Assembly: GCA_951406725.2 (NCBI GenBank)
Contig: OX597820.1
Coordinates: 25,668,001-25,732,000, forward strand
Length of the DNA: 64,000 bases
Origin: Octopus vulgaris
Taxonomy: Eukaryota
Reading direction: 5' to 3'
Made by a program: the position numbers and the translations under genes
In this document: positions 1 through 12,930 of the stretch, piece by piece
Position numbering within the stretch: position 1 is the first letter of the stretch
How the letters are laid out: each line of letters opens with the position of its first letter
Notes under the pieces: generated by a model
Database searches by the model: none
Told to the model about the DNA's origin: nothing
What the model saw: the letters and a program-made list of their open reading frames with translations, nothing else

Positions 1-81
1 ACACTGGGACCAGTGTACCATTTTTGAAGGAGATGACATTAAAACTTAGGTAAATAAGTTATATTTTATTAGACATAACTA

Positions 82-546
82 CCGTAAATCCTCGAGTATA
101 ATCCACACTTTTTTCCCAAAATCCCTTGTACGTACTATATACGAGGTTAAAAATGAAAATTATTTTCTAAGCACTGTCCGAGTCTCTATTTGCTGTCTGG
201 CAATGTTTATTCAGACGCATTTTGAGATGTCGGGCGTGAAAATACCTTAAATCATCCATAACTTGCAGTTAGCAACATTTATTAGACGTTATTACTGTTA
301 TTTCTTTATTTTCTGCAAACAAAATGTACAAAAAAGCTACACGTTTGCATTATGTTATATATACAATAATAATAAAGGACGTTACCATATACATTTTTAC
401 AAACCAAGGACGTTATATAGACCTCCTTGACTCAAGTTAGAGAAGGGGTGCATATCATACACAAGGTTTAGGTTTTTCAGAGGTACAGCCCCCCTAAAAA
501 TCCCGTGTATTATACTCAAGGGCAGTCTGTACTCGAGGATTTACGG
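82..546. mobile_element. Tc1/mariner-superfamily (pogo/Tigger-like) MITE
   Basis: TIRs CCGTAAATCCTCGAGTA ... TACTCGAGGATTTACGG with TA on both sides (80-81, 547-548). Confidence 0.8.
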
Positions 547-680
547 TAGTCTGGGAATGTTTTGATACTATCTTCTACATAGGCATATTTATATACACAT
601 TTATACAAGTGTGTGCATGTTTGTGTATGTGTGTGCTTTCTTTTATTTCCATTCTTAGCAAGATTAAGAAATGTCCTTAC

Positions 681-803
681 TTTTGTTGATGGATTTGTCT
701 TTGTCACCAGAATGTTCTTCCTGATAGTTTTGCAAACCAAACTGCGATGGATCTTCCTGCAGTGTGACAGTAAATATGACAGCCAGTACCAATGCACTAC
801 AAG
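681..803 (-). CDS. SLC37A4: G6PT coding exon 5 (gene continues beyond window start)
   Basis: Acceptor ccttcag|CT and donor AAAA|gtaagg; 123 nt, phase 1-1. Encodes ACSALVLAVIFTVTLQEDPSQFGLQNYQEEHSGDKDKSINK, a TM helix followed by the P-x-x-x-GL central-loop start. Confidence 0.87.
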
Positions 804-3800
804 CTGAAGGAGAAAAACAAGATGTAAAAAGAAATCATTGAAATATCCAACCCACCCATCCATCAATACACACACACACAATGGGTTTCTTTCAGTTTCT
901 GACTACCAAATCCACTCACATGGCTTTGGTTAGCCCAAGGCTATTGTAGAAGACACTTGCCCAAGGTGCCACACAGAAGGACTGAACCCAGAACCATGTA
1001 GTTGAAAAGCAAATTTCTTATCCACCACAAAGTCCAGTGTTTGTTGGAGTGTTGGTGAGCTTCAAATGATCTTGTGATTATCCTAGTAAAGCACAAGTTC
1101 CTGGTTGGGCCTCCCATGTTGGACAGGTCAGACAAATATGGACCACTTCTTCCAGGAGGTAAAAATGAAGTTGTGTAGGGTGAACATCACAACCAAGAAA
1201 AAAGCTACAGAAGCATTGATGATAATTCAAGACCAACAAGACCTGAGAAAGGATGGACTTCTCTCTAGGAAAAACTGCCCAGATTTGAGAAACAGTGAAG
1301 CAAAGCCACTGATGGCCTATTGTTCCATAAGGAGCATGGAGCTTCAGTAAATAATAGATTTTAGTGAAGGCACATGGTTCAGTGGTTAGAGCATTGGGCT
1401 CACAATCATGAGGTAGTGAGTTCAATTCCCAGACCGGGCTGTGTGTTGTGTTCTTGAGCAAGACACTTTATTTAATGTTGCTCCAGTTCACTCAGCTGTA
1501 GAAATGAGTTGTAACATCACAGGTACCAAGCTGTATCAGCCACTTTGCCTTTCCCTTGATCAACATTGATGGCTGTGAAGAGGGGAGACTGGTATGCATA
1601 GGTGGCTGCTGGTTTTCCATAAACAACCTTGCCTGGACTTGTGCCTAGGAGAACTTTCTAGGTGCAATCCCATGGTCATTCATGACCAAAGGGGGTCCTT
1701 ACCCTTTTTTAATAGATCTTAGTAGCTTTTTTTTGTTGCTATACGATATGACTAAAAGGGATGTCAAGAAAAGGGATTTTGTATAAAAAAAAAAAGACAT
1801 GGAACACGTTACAATACTTGGGAAGAGGTGAGGGTTGGCAACAGGAAGGACATCCAGCAGAAGAAAAACTGCCTCGACAAATTCCATCCAACCCATGCAT
1901 GCATGGAAAAGTGGATGTTAAACAATAATAATGATGATGATTACTTGCAACTAATTTGAACTTATGTCACATGAGTAGTTGTCCAATGCTTTATCCACTT
2001 GGCCACTTTGCTTTGACACTATGTCATCACCACCATCATCATCATCATCATCATTAAATGTCCATTTTCCATGCTGGCATGGGTTGGACAGTTTGATAGA
2101 AGCTGGAGAACTATGTCAGGGTCCAGTCATGTGCTTTGGTTTGGTTTCTATGGTTGGGTGCCCTTCTTAACACCAACCCCTTTACAGAGTGTACTGGGTG
2201 CCTTTTATGTGGCACCTGCACAGGTGCTTTTTATATGGCACCAGCACAGGTGCTTTTTATGTGGCATCAACACAGGTGCTATTTTAAATATATACAATTC
2301 TATTTTTGGAATGGATCTTGAAGCACACATAAAGCTATAAGTAACAGCCCCGAAATATTGGGTTGAAAAACCCTTTTGGATAAAAGGAAGTTGAAGGCTG
2401 CATATGGGACTTGAACCCATATCACTTGTAATGGGTTTGAGCACCACCACAAAGTCCAGTGTTGGTTGGAGTGTGGTGAGCTTCAAATGATCTTGTGAGT
2501 ATTCTAGCAAAGCACAAGTTCCTGGTTGGGCCTTCCATGTTGGACTGGTCAGACAAATATGGATCACTTCTTCCAGGACGTAAAAATAAATTTGTGTAAG
2601 GTCAACATCACAGCCAAGAAAGGCAGATGACAACTTTTTTTTTTATCCAAAAGGGTTTTGTGACCCAATATTTAGGGGCTATTATTTACAGTTTTATGTG
2701 TGCTTTGAGATTCATTCCAAAAGAATATTATTTCACATCCTCTCAAAAGTTTATACAATTCTTATAACCTTATATATATATATATATATATATACCATCA
2801 TCATCATCATCATTTAACGTCCGTTTTCCATGCTGGCATGGGTTAGACGGTTTGACTGAAGGCTGGAGAGCCAGCGGCTGCACCAGTCTCCAATCTGATC
2901 AGGCAATGTTTCTACAGCTGGATGCCCTTCCTAATGCCAACCACTCCGAAAGTGTAGTGGGTGCTTTTTACATGCTACCAGCATGGGAGCCAGTCAGGTG
3001 GGTCTGGCATTGATCACATTCAGAAAGTGATTTTAATGTGCCACCGGCGGACAAAGCATATATAATGGATATTACATATTTGACTCTAGTAAATTTGACT
3101 TACAGTTGTTTCCAGTAATCATTAGAGGTTTGCTATTGATACGTTTACTCAATCAGCCTATTGACTGATTGAAAAAAACTGAAATTGAAAGTCATTTCTA
3201 TTCAGTTTTCAAATATATATATAGGCGCAGGAGTGGGTGTGTGGTAAGTAGCTTGCTTACCAACCACATGGTTCCAGGTTCAGTCCCACTGCATGGTACC
3301 TTGGACAGGTGTCTTCTACTATAGCCTCAGGCCAACCAAAGATTTGTGAATGGATTTGGTAGATGGAAACTGGAAGAAGCCCATCATATGTATATATATA
3401 TATATATATCCCGTCCAACGATGATGATGATGATATATATATATATATAAGCGACTGAGACCTTTGGAGATATGCTGTGCTTGAGAAAACCCGGCAAGCC
3501 AAGTCAGATTATAGCCATGGCCAATACCAGTGTTGCATAACTGGCACATTTGAAAGTACCCTTCAATTGTCAGGCAATATGCTATGCTTGAGAAGACCTG
3601 TTGAGTCAAGCAAAATCATTATCGTGGCCAATGCCAGTGCTACCTGACTGGCACCCATGCCAGTGGCACTTAAAAAGCACCATTCAAGTGTGGCCAATGT
3701 CAGTGCCAGTGGTACATAAAAAGCACCATTTGAGCATGATCAATGCCAGTGCCCCCTGACTAGGCCCCCCATGCCAGTGGCACGTAAAAAGCACCCACCA

Positions 3801-4115
3801 CAGTCTTGGAGTGGTTGGCATTAGGAAGGGCATACAGCTGTAGAAACTCTGCCAGATCAGACTGGAGCCTGTTGCAGCCTCCTGGTTTGCCAGTCCTCAG
3901 TCAAACCGTCCAACCCATGCCAGCATGGAAAGCAGACATTAAATGATGATGATATACTTGAAAAAATGAATAGAAATTATTAGGTGTTTACAAATAAACA
4001 CCTAATGATTTATAAACACCTAATTATTAATTTGGAAAAATCATCAGAAAAGGCATTTCCATTCATTTTTTCAAATATATAATACTGTACCAAGGACTTT
4101 CTGTTTCTTATTCTA

Positions 4116-4349
<234 letters not shown>

Positions 4350-4424
4350 GAAATACCAATTCTGCAGATTCCACTGCTTTTTTTTTGAAGGATAGAAAAT
4401 AAAATAAAGACATGTAGTTGTTAC

Positions 4425-4560
4425 CTGGGATTATCATTCCTAATCTCCACCCATAGTGAAGTGCAATGGTTGTGATGAAGAGAGGACCAATGCTGCCGGA
4501 TACATTGATGGATGTTGATAGTATACTCCACACAGTAGCAAAGTTATCAGGAGGGAACCA
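4425..4560 (-). CDS. SLC37A4: G6PT coding exon 4
   Basis: Acceptor cccag|TGG and donor CCAG|gtaac; 136 nt, phase 0-1. Encodes WFPPDNFATVWSILSTSINVSGSIGPLFITTIALHYGWRLGMIIP (human [26 protein letters not shown]...SWR). Confidence 0.93.
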
Positions 4561-4569
4561 CTGGGTAGA

Positions 4570-4830
4570 TCACAGACAGAGAGAGAGTGAGTAAGAGGAG
4601 GAAGAGAGAGGGGTGAGTGTGGAAAGTAAAAGAGATGAGAGTTTGTGAAAGTAGGAGGGAAGAGAGAAAGGTAAAGAACAAGAAGGAAAGAGAATGAAGG
4701 AAAGAAAAAATGGAAGAGTAAAATGGGAGAGAAGGAGAGAGAGGGAAGAAGGAGAGAGAAAGAGGAGAGAGAGAGGAAAAGGAGAGAGATGAAAAGGAGA
4801 GCAAGAGAAAGAAGTAGAGAGAGAGAGATT
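4570..4830. repeat. Purine-rich (GA) low-complexity tract
   Basis: Almost entirely A/G on the + strand; forms an extended pyrimidine tract before G6PT exon 4 on the sense strand. Confidence 0.85.
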
Positions 4831-4869
4831 GTGTGTATGTGACAGATATAATAGTGGAAGAAATATACA

Positions 4870-5070
4870 AGGGGATGCTGAAAAGTTCCTGGTTTTAAGG
4901 GTATTGCAAAAGCCTGGTTGGAGGACCAACCTTCCAATTTATTTTACAGAACTTAGAAGATCTGAAGGACCTCTGCAATAAGCATGTGAATCTGAGAGGG
5001 GAATATGTTGAATAAAATCATAATTAACCGATTTTCTTTTAGCCAAAGCCAGGAACTTTTCAGTACCTTC
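4870..5070 (+). mobile_element. Short mariner-derived MITE (related copies ~13768-13960 and ~49001-49195)
   Basis: GCTGAAAAGTTCCTGG ... CCAGGAACTTTTCAG inverted ends; internal GAATCTGAGAGGGGAATATGTTGAATAAA is shared among the copies. Confidence 0.65.
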
Positions 5071-6055
5071 TTGTAGATTATATGAGAGAGTAGGAAGGAA
5101 TTTCAGAGAGACAAGTATTAAGAGAGTGATACAAAAATGACAATTTGAGAGGGATAGACACCAGAATTGAAAAGAGTGTTAGTGGGAGATATAGGCACCA
5201 GAATTGAAGAAGTGTTAGTATGAGAGTAAAAGGGACTAATAAGAAAGAGAACTGATGAGATGGAGTGACAGAATGAGAGAGAGAAAGACAGAAAAGAGGC
5301 AGTTTAGAAAAGGAAGAATCAGTGAGGTGATAAAAATAAGAAACTAAATGTGTATGAAAATCCAATTACAATAATGATTAATTAATTAATTAATTAGTTA
5401 CAGAGTTAAATAAGTGTCTCTGTAAGAGCAATGCATTTTACAGTTAGATATTCTTGCTACTACGAAAGCAGGATTAGAAAAGGATTTGGGGGGTTTGTAT
5501 TTAGCTTTTGTTAGTCAAGCAAATTGAAACAGAGTTGTGTACCTTGTTCATGGCTGTAGCATGATCTGACCTTCTGACAATGTGGTCAGAAGTCCATCTC
5601 TTTAACATCACAACTAGTTTGTCTTTAAAGTTATACATGATCAAATGAAAATAAATTTAGATGTGATAAACACTTCAATTAGATGTTGTTTTTATTGGTA
5701 AGCCTCATATCAGCTAACTATGCTCTCCTACCAATCAAGAAGTTGGCATCGACCTTTTTGTCACCATATTTCTGCTGAAATACATGGCTTTGTTTCAATT
5801 AACTTTTAAAAATTATAAAGAATTTACTAAGTTAATTTTGTCATTATTAAGCTGGTGTGTGGCGAGCTAGTAGAATCGTTAACATACTGGATGAAATGCT
5901 TAGCGTTATTTCTCCTGTTGCTATGTTCTGAGATCATGTTCTACCAAGGTCGATTTTGCCTTTCATCTTTAAAACACTGGGGTTGATGTAATCGACTTAT
6001 CTCCTCCCCAAAATGGCTGCCCTTGTGGCAAAATTTGAAACCATTATTAATCTGG

Positions 6056-6604
6056 TGTAGTGACGTCATTTTCCAGTGTGCGCACACACAACATCATTCT
6101 TCAGTGTGCGTGTGCGGAACGTAATTCTTCAGTGTGCATGTGCGGAATGTCATTCTTCAGTGTGCGTGTGCGGGGCTGGAAACTTATGGAAAGGCCTGAG
6201 GAAGTTCCCTCATGCACATGTGCTAGAGACTGGGGAAGAAAATTATATCGCGTTCCTTGTTAGCGTCGTTGACTTGAGACACGGCTATTGAAGAGAGAGG
6301 ACGTGTTTAAACGTATGATCAGCCTATTCTCCTGTCCCAGACGCTTAGGATTTGACCTGCTTTGTTGCTGCTGAATTTGTTGTAAAATCTTACAAATGAT
6401 AAAATTCAGCCTTGCTAGATTGAACCAAGTGGATACCAATATACCAACGTGCTTCATTTGTGAATAAGAAAATAAAGAGTTATATATATTTTTAAGGTTG
6501 CGTTTTGTTCCTGACTGGTAATTTCTAGAAACAAAAAGAAAGGAAATTGTGTTGCACCCAAGTTAAACCCCAAAAGTGTAAAGAATCAACCAGTTCCGTT
6601 TACA
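6056..6604. mobile_element. Solo LTR (Gypsy-like, 4-bp TSD)
   Basis: Begins TGTA and ends TACA, flanked by CTGG on both sides (6052-6055, 6605-6608). Contains ~29-bp internal tandem repeats and AATAAA near 6471. Confidence 0.75.
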
Positions 6605-6946
6605 CTGGTGTTTGAAACATAAATTATGATAGAATTTTGATGTGAGGTTATAATTTAGATCACCTTAAAACGGAGTTTTTATCACAGAACCAGATTTGTA
6701 TCAAATGGGTTAACAAAAGGATTATCCAATAGTTATTGGCATTGAAAAAAAAAAAAAGGATCCAACTGTAAAATACAAGCTATAGCAATTCCTGCAAATA
6801 CTGACATTTGTAAATCTAATCTACCAATAGGAATGGGAGAGAAAGAATGGGAACAGATCTGTGAAAGAGAGAATGAAAATTGATCTAGATTACAAAAAAT
6901 AAAAAAACAAGAAAAGAAAATGAAGATGATATTTAATAATACTTAC

Positions 6947-7041
6947 TGCCATTAATATTTTAGCACAAGCTGGCCAGGACAGTCCTTGACACAAACCATT
7001 AAGAAACCAGAAAATTGAAAACATCCATACAGAATTAAAAC
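6947..7041 (-). CDS. SLC37A4: G6PT coding exon 3
   Basis: Acceptor acgcag|GT and donor GCA|gtaagt; 95 nt, phase 1-0. Encodes GFNSVWMFSIFWFLNGLCQGLSWPACAKILMA (human [21 protein letters not shown]). Not in the ORF track. Confidence 0.93.
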
Positions 7042-7274
7042 CTGCGTATGTATATTTAAAAAATGACAATGAGAAATAAAGACAACACTGAAAAGAAATT
7101 CCACAAAGGGAAACTTAAAAAATAAACTGAAATACTGTATGGCTTCTAATCTCTATATAATAATAATAACAACAACAATAATAACAACAACAACCAATAT
7201 AAATGTCGGTTGGTCACGCTTTACATTGTTTGGAAATAAGGAGGAACGAGAGAGTAAGATAGATAGATATATAA

Positions 7275-7311
<37 letters not shown>

Positions 7312-7675
7312 GTGTGTAAAGGATAAAGAACCCCTTCAGTCATGAATGACCATGAGATTGCACCTAGAAAGTTACCCTCTGAGGCACAAGTCCAGGCACG
7401 GCTGTTTATGGAAGACCAGCAGTTAGTTGCCCATGTATACCCGTCTCCCTTCTCCACGCTACTGATTGTTATCTAAGAGAAAGGCAAAGGTTGATACAGC
7501 TTGGCACCAGTGACACTGCAACTCATTTCTACAGTTGGGTGAACTGGAGCAACATGAAATAAAGTGTCTTGCTCAAGAACACAACACACAACCCAGTCCA
7601 AGAAACAAACTCACTACCTTATGATTGTAAGCCCAATGCTCTAACCACTGAGCCATGTGATTTCATTTAAGTGTA

Positions 7676-7889
7676 AACCCTTTTGTCAACATATGCTGTC
7701 TTTGTTTCAATTAATTTTCAAAATAGTGAAGAATTTAGTAAAATAACTTTCTCGTTTTCAAGCTGGGGGTCTGGAACAAATTAGTATAAACTTTTAATAG
7801 AAAATAATAATTTAGACCACTTTTAGAACAGAAAGTTTATGCCACAGATCCTGGGGCATTCTCAGGCAGATTGGTACCAAAAGGGTTAA
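7676..7889. mobile_element. Short piggyBac-like MITE
   Basis: AACCCTTTTG ... CAAAAGGGTTAA termini. A related interrupted copy spans ~5752-6713. Confidence 0.5.
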
Positions 7890-9710
7890 GGCAAAAAGTT
7901 CCCTGCAATTCAACATGAAGGTTTTATTTCTAAAAAAATATATTTTTATCAGTTTTTTTTTCTTTTTATACTTTGTCATAGGATTGATGTTGTCAACTTC
8001 AATATACAGCCTAATTGATTTGAAAAGAGGTAAAAAAAATAATAAACTATTTATGAAGGTTAGTAGCTAAACTACAGAAATGAAAAATTTGAAATTAAAT
8101 ACAACATCCAAACAGCACATTACTGCCATATCTGATTGGGTGAAAATGGAATTTGATCCAATATCAAAGGGAAGATACATGCAAAGGTGAAAATACATTG
8201 ATTAAAATGCATGAGACTAACCAGGAATGTTATTACCTTGACTACGTATGAAGAGTTAGTTGAGAACTTACTAAAATTAAAATACTCATTATTACTATAT
8301 TTTAACATATATAAGGAATCCCTTCATTTTTGGGGTTTCAAATTTGAAAAAATGGTTTTATAATAATAATAATAATTGTGTATAGTGCTCAGGTGCACTA
8401 CAACTCATCTAAAGTGTATATATAATCAGGTGTAGTTTCGGCGGATTTCGGAAAGCATGAGGGCCTTAAAAGATGCAGTGTCATGGCAGTCAACAACTGA
8501 CGCAGGCAGTTTATTCCATGCTTCAGCAACTCTGAGCGTGAAAAAATGTTGTAAAGGATTATGATACTATCCATGTATAAGAAACTCCCATAATTTTTTA
8601 ACTTAATTTTTGCCAAAAAAGGGTTCCTTATACATGTTAAAATACAATAATTGATTAATCAACAGATATGTAACAAAATTAATAATGTGCTTGCGTGAAC
8701 AGCAAAGAATGCAAACATCTCACTTCATAATGAAATTGGAAATTTTTTTGAACAATGAACAACAGGGTGATACAAGGTGCAAACATGGTTGTGTGGTTAA
8801 GTAGTCTGATTCTCAACCACATGGTTTTGGGTTCATTCCTAACATGTAGCACTTTGGAGAAACATTGTTTACAATAGCTCTATAGCCCCAGGCTGACCCA
8901 AGCCTTGCGAGTAAATTTGGTATGTGTGTGTGCATGCATGTGTGTGCGTGCATGCATGTATGCACGTGCACATTTGTATGTTTGTGTTTTCTTGTCTTGA
9001 CTCTAAACAAACATCCCTATTATACAAGTGGTATCATTTCATTTCCAGTCTTCTGGGAAAACATGTCCGGCCATGGGGTAATATTACCTCTACTTGGAAA
9101 CAGGTGAAGAATGGTGACAGAAAGGCCATTTGGCTGTAGAAAATCCATCTCAATGAATTCTGTCTGACCTGTGCAAACTTGGAACAGTGGACATTAAATG
9201 ACATGTCAACAACTGGTAAATATCTTCTTTATGAAACCAGAAATATTCTTAAATAACAATCAACATTAATCATCACTTAACAACCATTTTTCCATGCTTG
9301 TGAGGGTCATATGGAATTTATAGAGTCAGATTTTCTAAGGCCAGATGCCCTTTCTGTCATCATCATCTGTTACCTGTTATTAAGCAAGGTAATAATTTCC
9401 CATGGTCAGACATGTTTTTCACAGAAGACTGGAAGTGAACAACATCACTTACATGATGGGGAAGCTTGTTTACAATCATCACATGATGTCAAGACATGAG
9501 TACACACAAACACACACACACCTACCTACATACATACAGGTGTAGGAGTGGCTGTGTGGTAAGTAGCTTGCTTACAGACCACATGGTTCTGGGTTCAGTC
9601 CCACTGCGTTGCACCTTGGGCAAGTGTCTTCTACTGTAACCTTGGACTGACCAAAGCCTTGTGAGTGGATTTGGTAGACGGAAACTGAAAGAAGCCTGTC
9701 AGTATATATG

Positions 9711-9755
<45 letters not shown>

Positions 9756-10574
9756 GTGTGTATATGTTTGTCCCCCCAACATCGCTTGACAACTGATTCT
9801 GGTGTGTTTACGTCCCCGTAACTTAGCAGTTCGGCAAAAGAGACCGATAGAATAAGTACTAGGCTTACAAAGAATAAGTCCTGGGTCGATTTGCTCGACT
9901 AAAGGTGGTGCTCCAGTATGGCCACAGTCACATGACTGAATCAAGTAAAAGAGTATACATACATACATACAGTGTGAAAATCTGTAAGATACTCCCAAAA
10001 TTCTCCATCTCAGATTCTTATATAAATTGATTTACACTCTTGGGTATATGCATCAAAAGCTCAACCACATATTTACAAACACTGGGAACTCCCTTAACTC
10101 AAAAAGTCTTGTCCTTTTGTTAGCAACTGGTTTGAACTCTCTCAAGAACTTAAATTAAACTCAAAGAAACACACATACACACACATGTACGCACGACAGG
10201 CTTCTTTCAGTTTCTGTCTATCAAAACTGTTCACAGGCCTTTATCAGCTTTGGACTAATAATAATAAGAGACACTTGCCTAAAGTGCTATGCTGTGGGAC
10301 TGAACCTCAGACCACTAGTTTGGGAAGCAAGCTTCTCAACCATACAGCCAAGCCTCTGTTTATTGATATAAATAACTGCACTGGACTTGAGACAGATGAA
10401 CAAATAATCCACGCACAAGATATACATGCCAAAGTCTAGCTTAATGCTGCCAAATGGCGTTTACTTGTTTACCTTCTATTTTAACTTTTCTTATATCAGA
10501 GGTTCCAAACTAATTTAGTGTTAGCAGCCCCATCATCGTTGTTACAAGAAAATTTAAAATTTATCCAATAATGA

Positions 10575-11337
10575 ATGATGGAAATACATGCTGCCAAAGA
10601 GGTGGTGTCAGATCTTTGGATAAACATCAAACTCTCCCACATTGGTAAACTTGCCAAGAAGGCTAAGGGTGTCTTGGCATCATTTACCAAGTCCTTTGTG
10701 AGCCGCTCTCCGGCTATCTATCTGAGGCTTTATATAGCTATGGTGCGGCCTCATCTGAAATTTTCATCACCTGTCTGGAACCCCTATCTTGCCCAGGATA
10801 TTAATCATCTGGAAACTGTTCAGCGACATGCAACCAAGAGAATACCCTCCATCAGGCATTTGCCATATTCTGAACACCTTACTTCCCTGGGCTTGAATAC
10901 ATTGAAACTCCGATGTCTGGCAGCTGACTTGGCAGACACCCATAAAATTATTAACCATCTTACTAACAATAACTCTCAGAACCTTTTCAAACTCGACTTG
11001 TCTAATACCCGTGGACATGTTTACAAAGTCAGAAAACAGCACAGCTCCCATGACTTTCAGAAACATTTTTTCATGCTAAGTGTTGCTGAAGTATGGAACA
11101 AACTGCCGGCATCAGTTGTTAGTTGTCGGAGCACTGCATCCTTCAAAACTTCCATGCTTCCTGAGATTCGCCAACACTACGCCTGATTTTCTTCCCTCCA
11201 TACACACGCAAGCATGTATCTGACTCATACACTGTTCCCTTCTCAGACATTTGTACATTACTGCATATGCTTTATACGCACTTTTGACAAGTTGTGGTGC
11301 ACCTGAACACTGTATACAATAATTTCATTATTATTAT
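10575..11337 (+). mobile_element. CR1/L2-clade LINE 3' fragment (end of ORF2 plus 3' UTR)
   Basis: 203-aa ORF with LYIAMVRPHL..VWNPY..LETVQR.ATK.IP..LPYSE.L..LGL.TL..TRGH motifs and an (ATT)n tail. The same 3' end occurs alone on the minus strand at ~8360-8560, ~15290-15470 and ~30305-30350. Confidence 0.85.
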
Positions 11338-11544
11338 TCTATTATTAAGTGTGAATTGAAAGAAAAGAGTGATGATGATACAATGCAGTGATTGAAATGA
11401 TTGAAGCTGATGATTCACCAGAAGAGGCCATCTTCAGAAAATCCTGAGTTTTATGGGTATTTTTGATAATTATATTGTAGGATTTAAGGTGGAATTGTTA
11501 GCATGCTGGGCAAAATGCTTAACAGCATTTCGTCTGTTCTATAT

Positions 11545-12540
11545 TTAAGAGATGAGGAATTATGTACATTATTTACATTAGACGGATATTTGTCTTCATT
11601 TTGTCTGTTGTTAACACGTTTCGGCTGATATACCCTCCAGCCTTCTTCAGGTGTCTTGGGAAAATTTCGAAGCTGGGTTCTCATTCCTAAGGTACTTTTC
11701 GATGTTTTTGTTATTATTGTTATTATTATTATCATTACTATTATTGTTATTGTTCAGGTCACTACTTGAAATCAAACTCGGAATCTTGGGGTTAGTAGCC
11801 CGTGCTCTTAACCACTATGCTATATGCTCATAGGCAATTATGGAGTGAATTTTAGGGTTTATAAATATATTTTTCTATCCTTCCTTAATACCAGTTCCCA
11901 TATGCCACTCATATCTGCACTTAGTCTGCTTAGGAGGTTGTTGTGTCCTAGCATATGTGCTGCTTCTTTTAGTTTTTGTATTTTCCAGTGGTGTTCTCTG
12001 TCTATTATTTTAACTTCATCCCACAGGGGGAGGTGGTCTCCGTTTTTCCATACATGATCAGCTATACCCGATTTATCAATATCTCCTCATGTCACAGCTT
12101 TGCGATGTTCACCTACCCTTATTTTGAGGGGGTGGCATTTTTTGCCTTTGTATAATCTACCACAGCTGCATGGGATTGAGTACATGTAGTCTTTAGTCAT
12201 GCATCTGTGGTAGGTTATACAAAGACGAAACATGCCACCCCCTCAAAATAAGGGTAGACAAACATCGCAAGGCTGTGACACAAGGAGATATTGATAAATC
12301 GGGTATAGCTGATCATGTATGGAAAAATGGAGACCACCTCCCCCAGTGGGATGAAGTTAAAATAATAGACAGAGAACACCACTGGAAAATACGAAAACTA
12401 AAAGAAGCAGCACATATGCTTAGACGCAACAACCTCCTAAGCAGACTGAGTGCAGATATGAGCAGCTTATGGGAACCAGTATTAAAGAAGGATAAAAAAA
12501 TATTAGATTTATAAGCCCTAAAATTCACTCCACAATTGCC
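11545..12540. mobile_element. Penelope-like retroelement remnant (GIY-YIG endonuclease C-terminus) as an inverted pair
   Basis: YSIPCSCGRLYKG..HPLKIRV.KHRKAV...KSGIADHVW..GDH...WDEVKIIDREHHW..RKLKEA present in both orientations. A 3' UTR with a hammerhead-like motif lies on the minus strand. Confidence 0.8.
11613..11655 (-). ncRNA. Degenerate minimal hammerhead-ribozyme-like motif of the Penelope pLTR
   Basis: Minus strand GACAC-CUGAAGA-AGGCUG(gagggtatat)CAGCC-GAAA-C-GUGUU: core boxes, stem II and stem I present; stem III and cleavage triplet appear incomplete. Confidence 0.45.
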
Positions 12541-12619
12541 CAGTGGGCTACAAAAAAAATAACATAAGGGTTAGCGCATCAGTACTGTACTGCAACGTAA
12601 ATGCCGCATTTACCATTAA

Positions 12620-12930
12620 GACAAAAACTAGTTTTGGAAAATAAGGACCAAAACCTTTAGAATTTCTAAGATTATTGAGGTAACAAACTTTGTGGGATAT
12701 TTCCAAATGTTGGCATTAGCTTGAGAATACCATTGACAATTCCAGTTACTAAAGCATTGGCAGAAAGCACTTTTAGCAAACCCAAACATATCAAAAACTT
12801 TTTAAAGTGCACCATATCTCAAACAAATCTAGTTGATTTAGCAAGACTGTGTACTGAACCAAGCATTGCCAGAGAAATTGATTTTAATAGCGATATTAGA
12901 AATTTTGCAGCTAAAAAGAAAACCCAGTAA
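12620..12930 (+). mobile_element. hAT transposase C-terminal dimerisation-domain fragment
   Basis: LRIPLTIPVTKALAESTFSKPKHIKNFLKCTISQTNL..LA resembles the hATC motif (LTIPVTVASAERSFSKLKLIKNYLRSTMSQ.RL). Confidence 0.75.

Noticed and set aside
1-60. Possible G6PT exon 6 (VLMSSPSKMVHW on the minus strand)
   Set aside because: No convincing pyrimidine tract and only weak similarity; cannot be supported at the window edge.
3223-3300. tRNA genes (here and at many similar A/B-box heads)
   Set aside because: All continue into SINE bodies and lack a complete cloverleaf.
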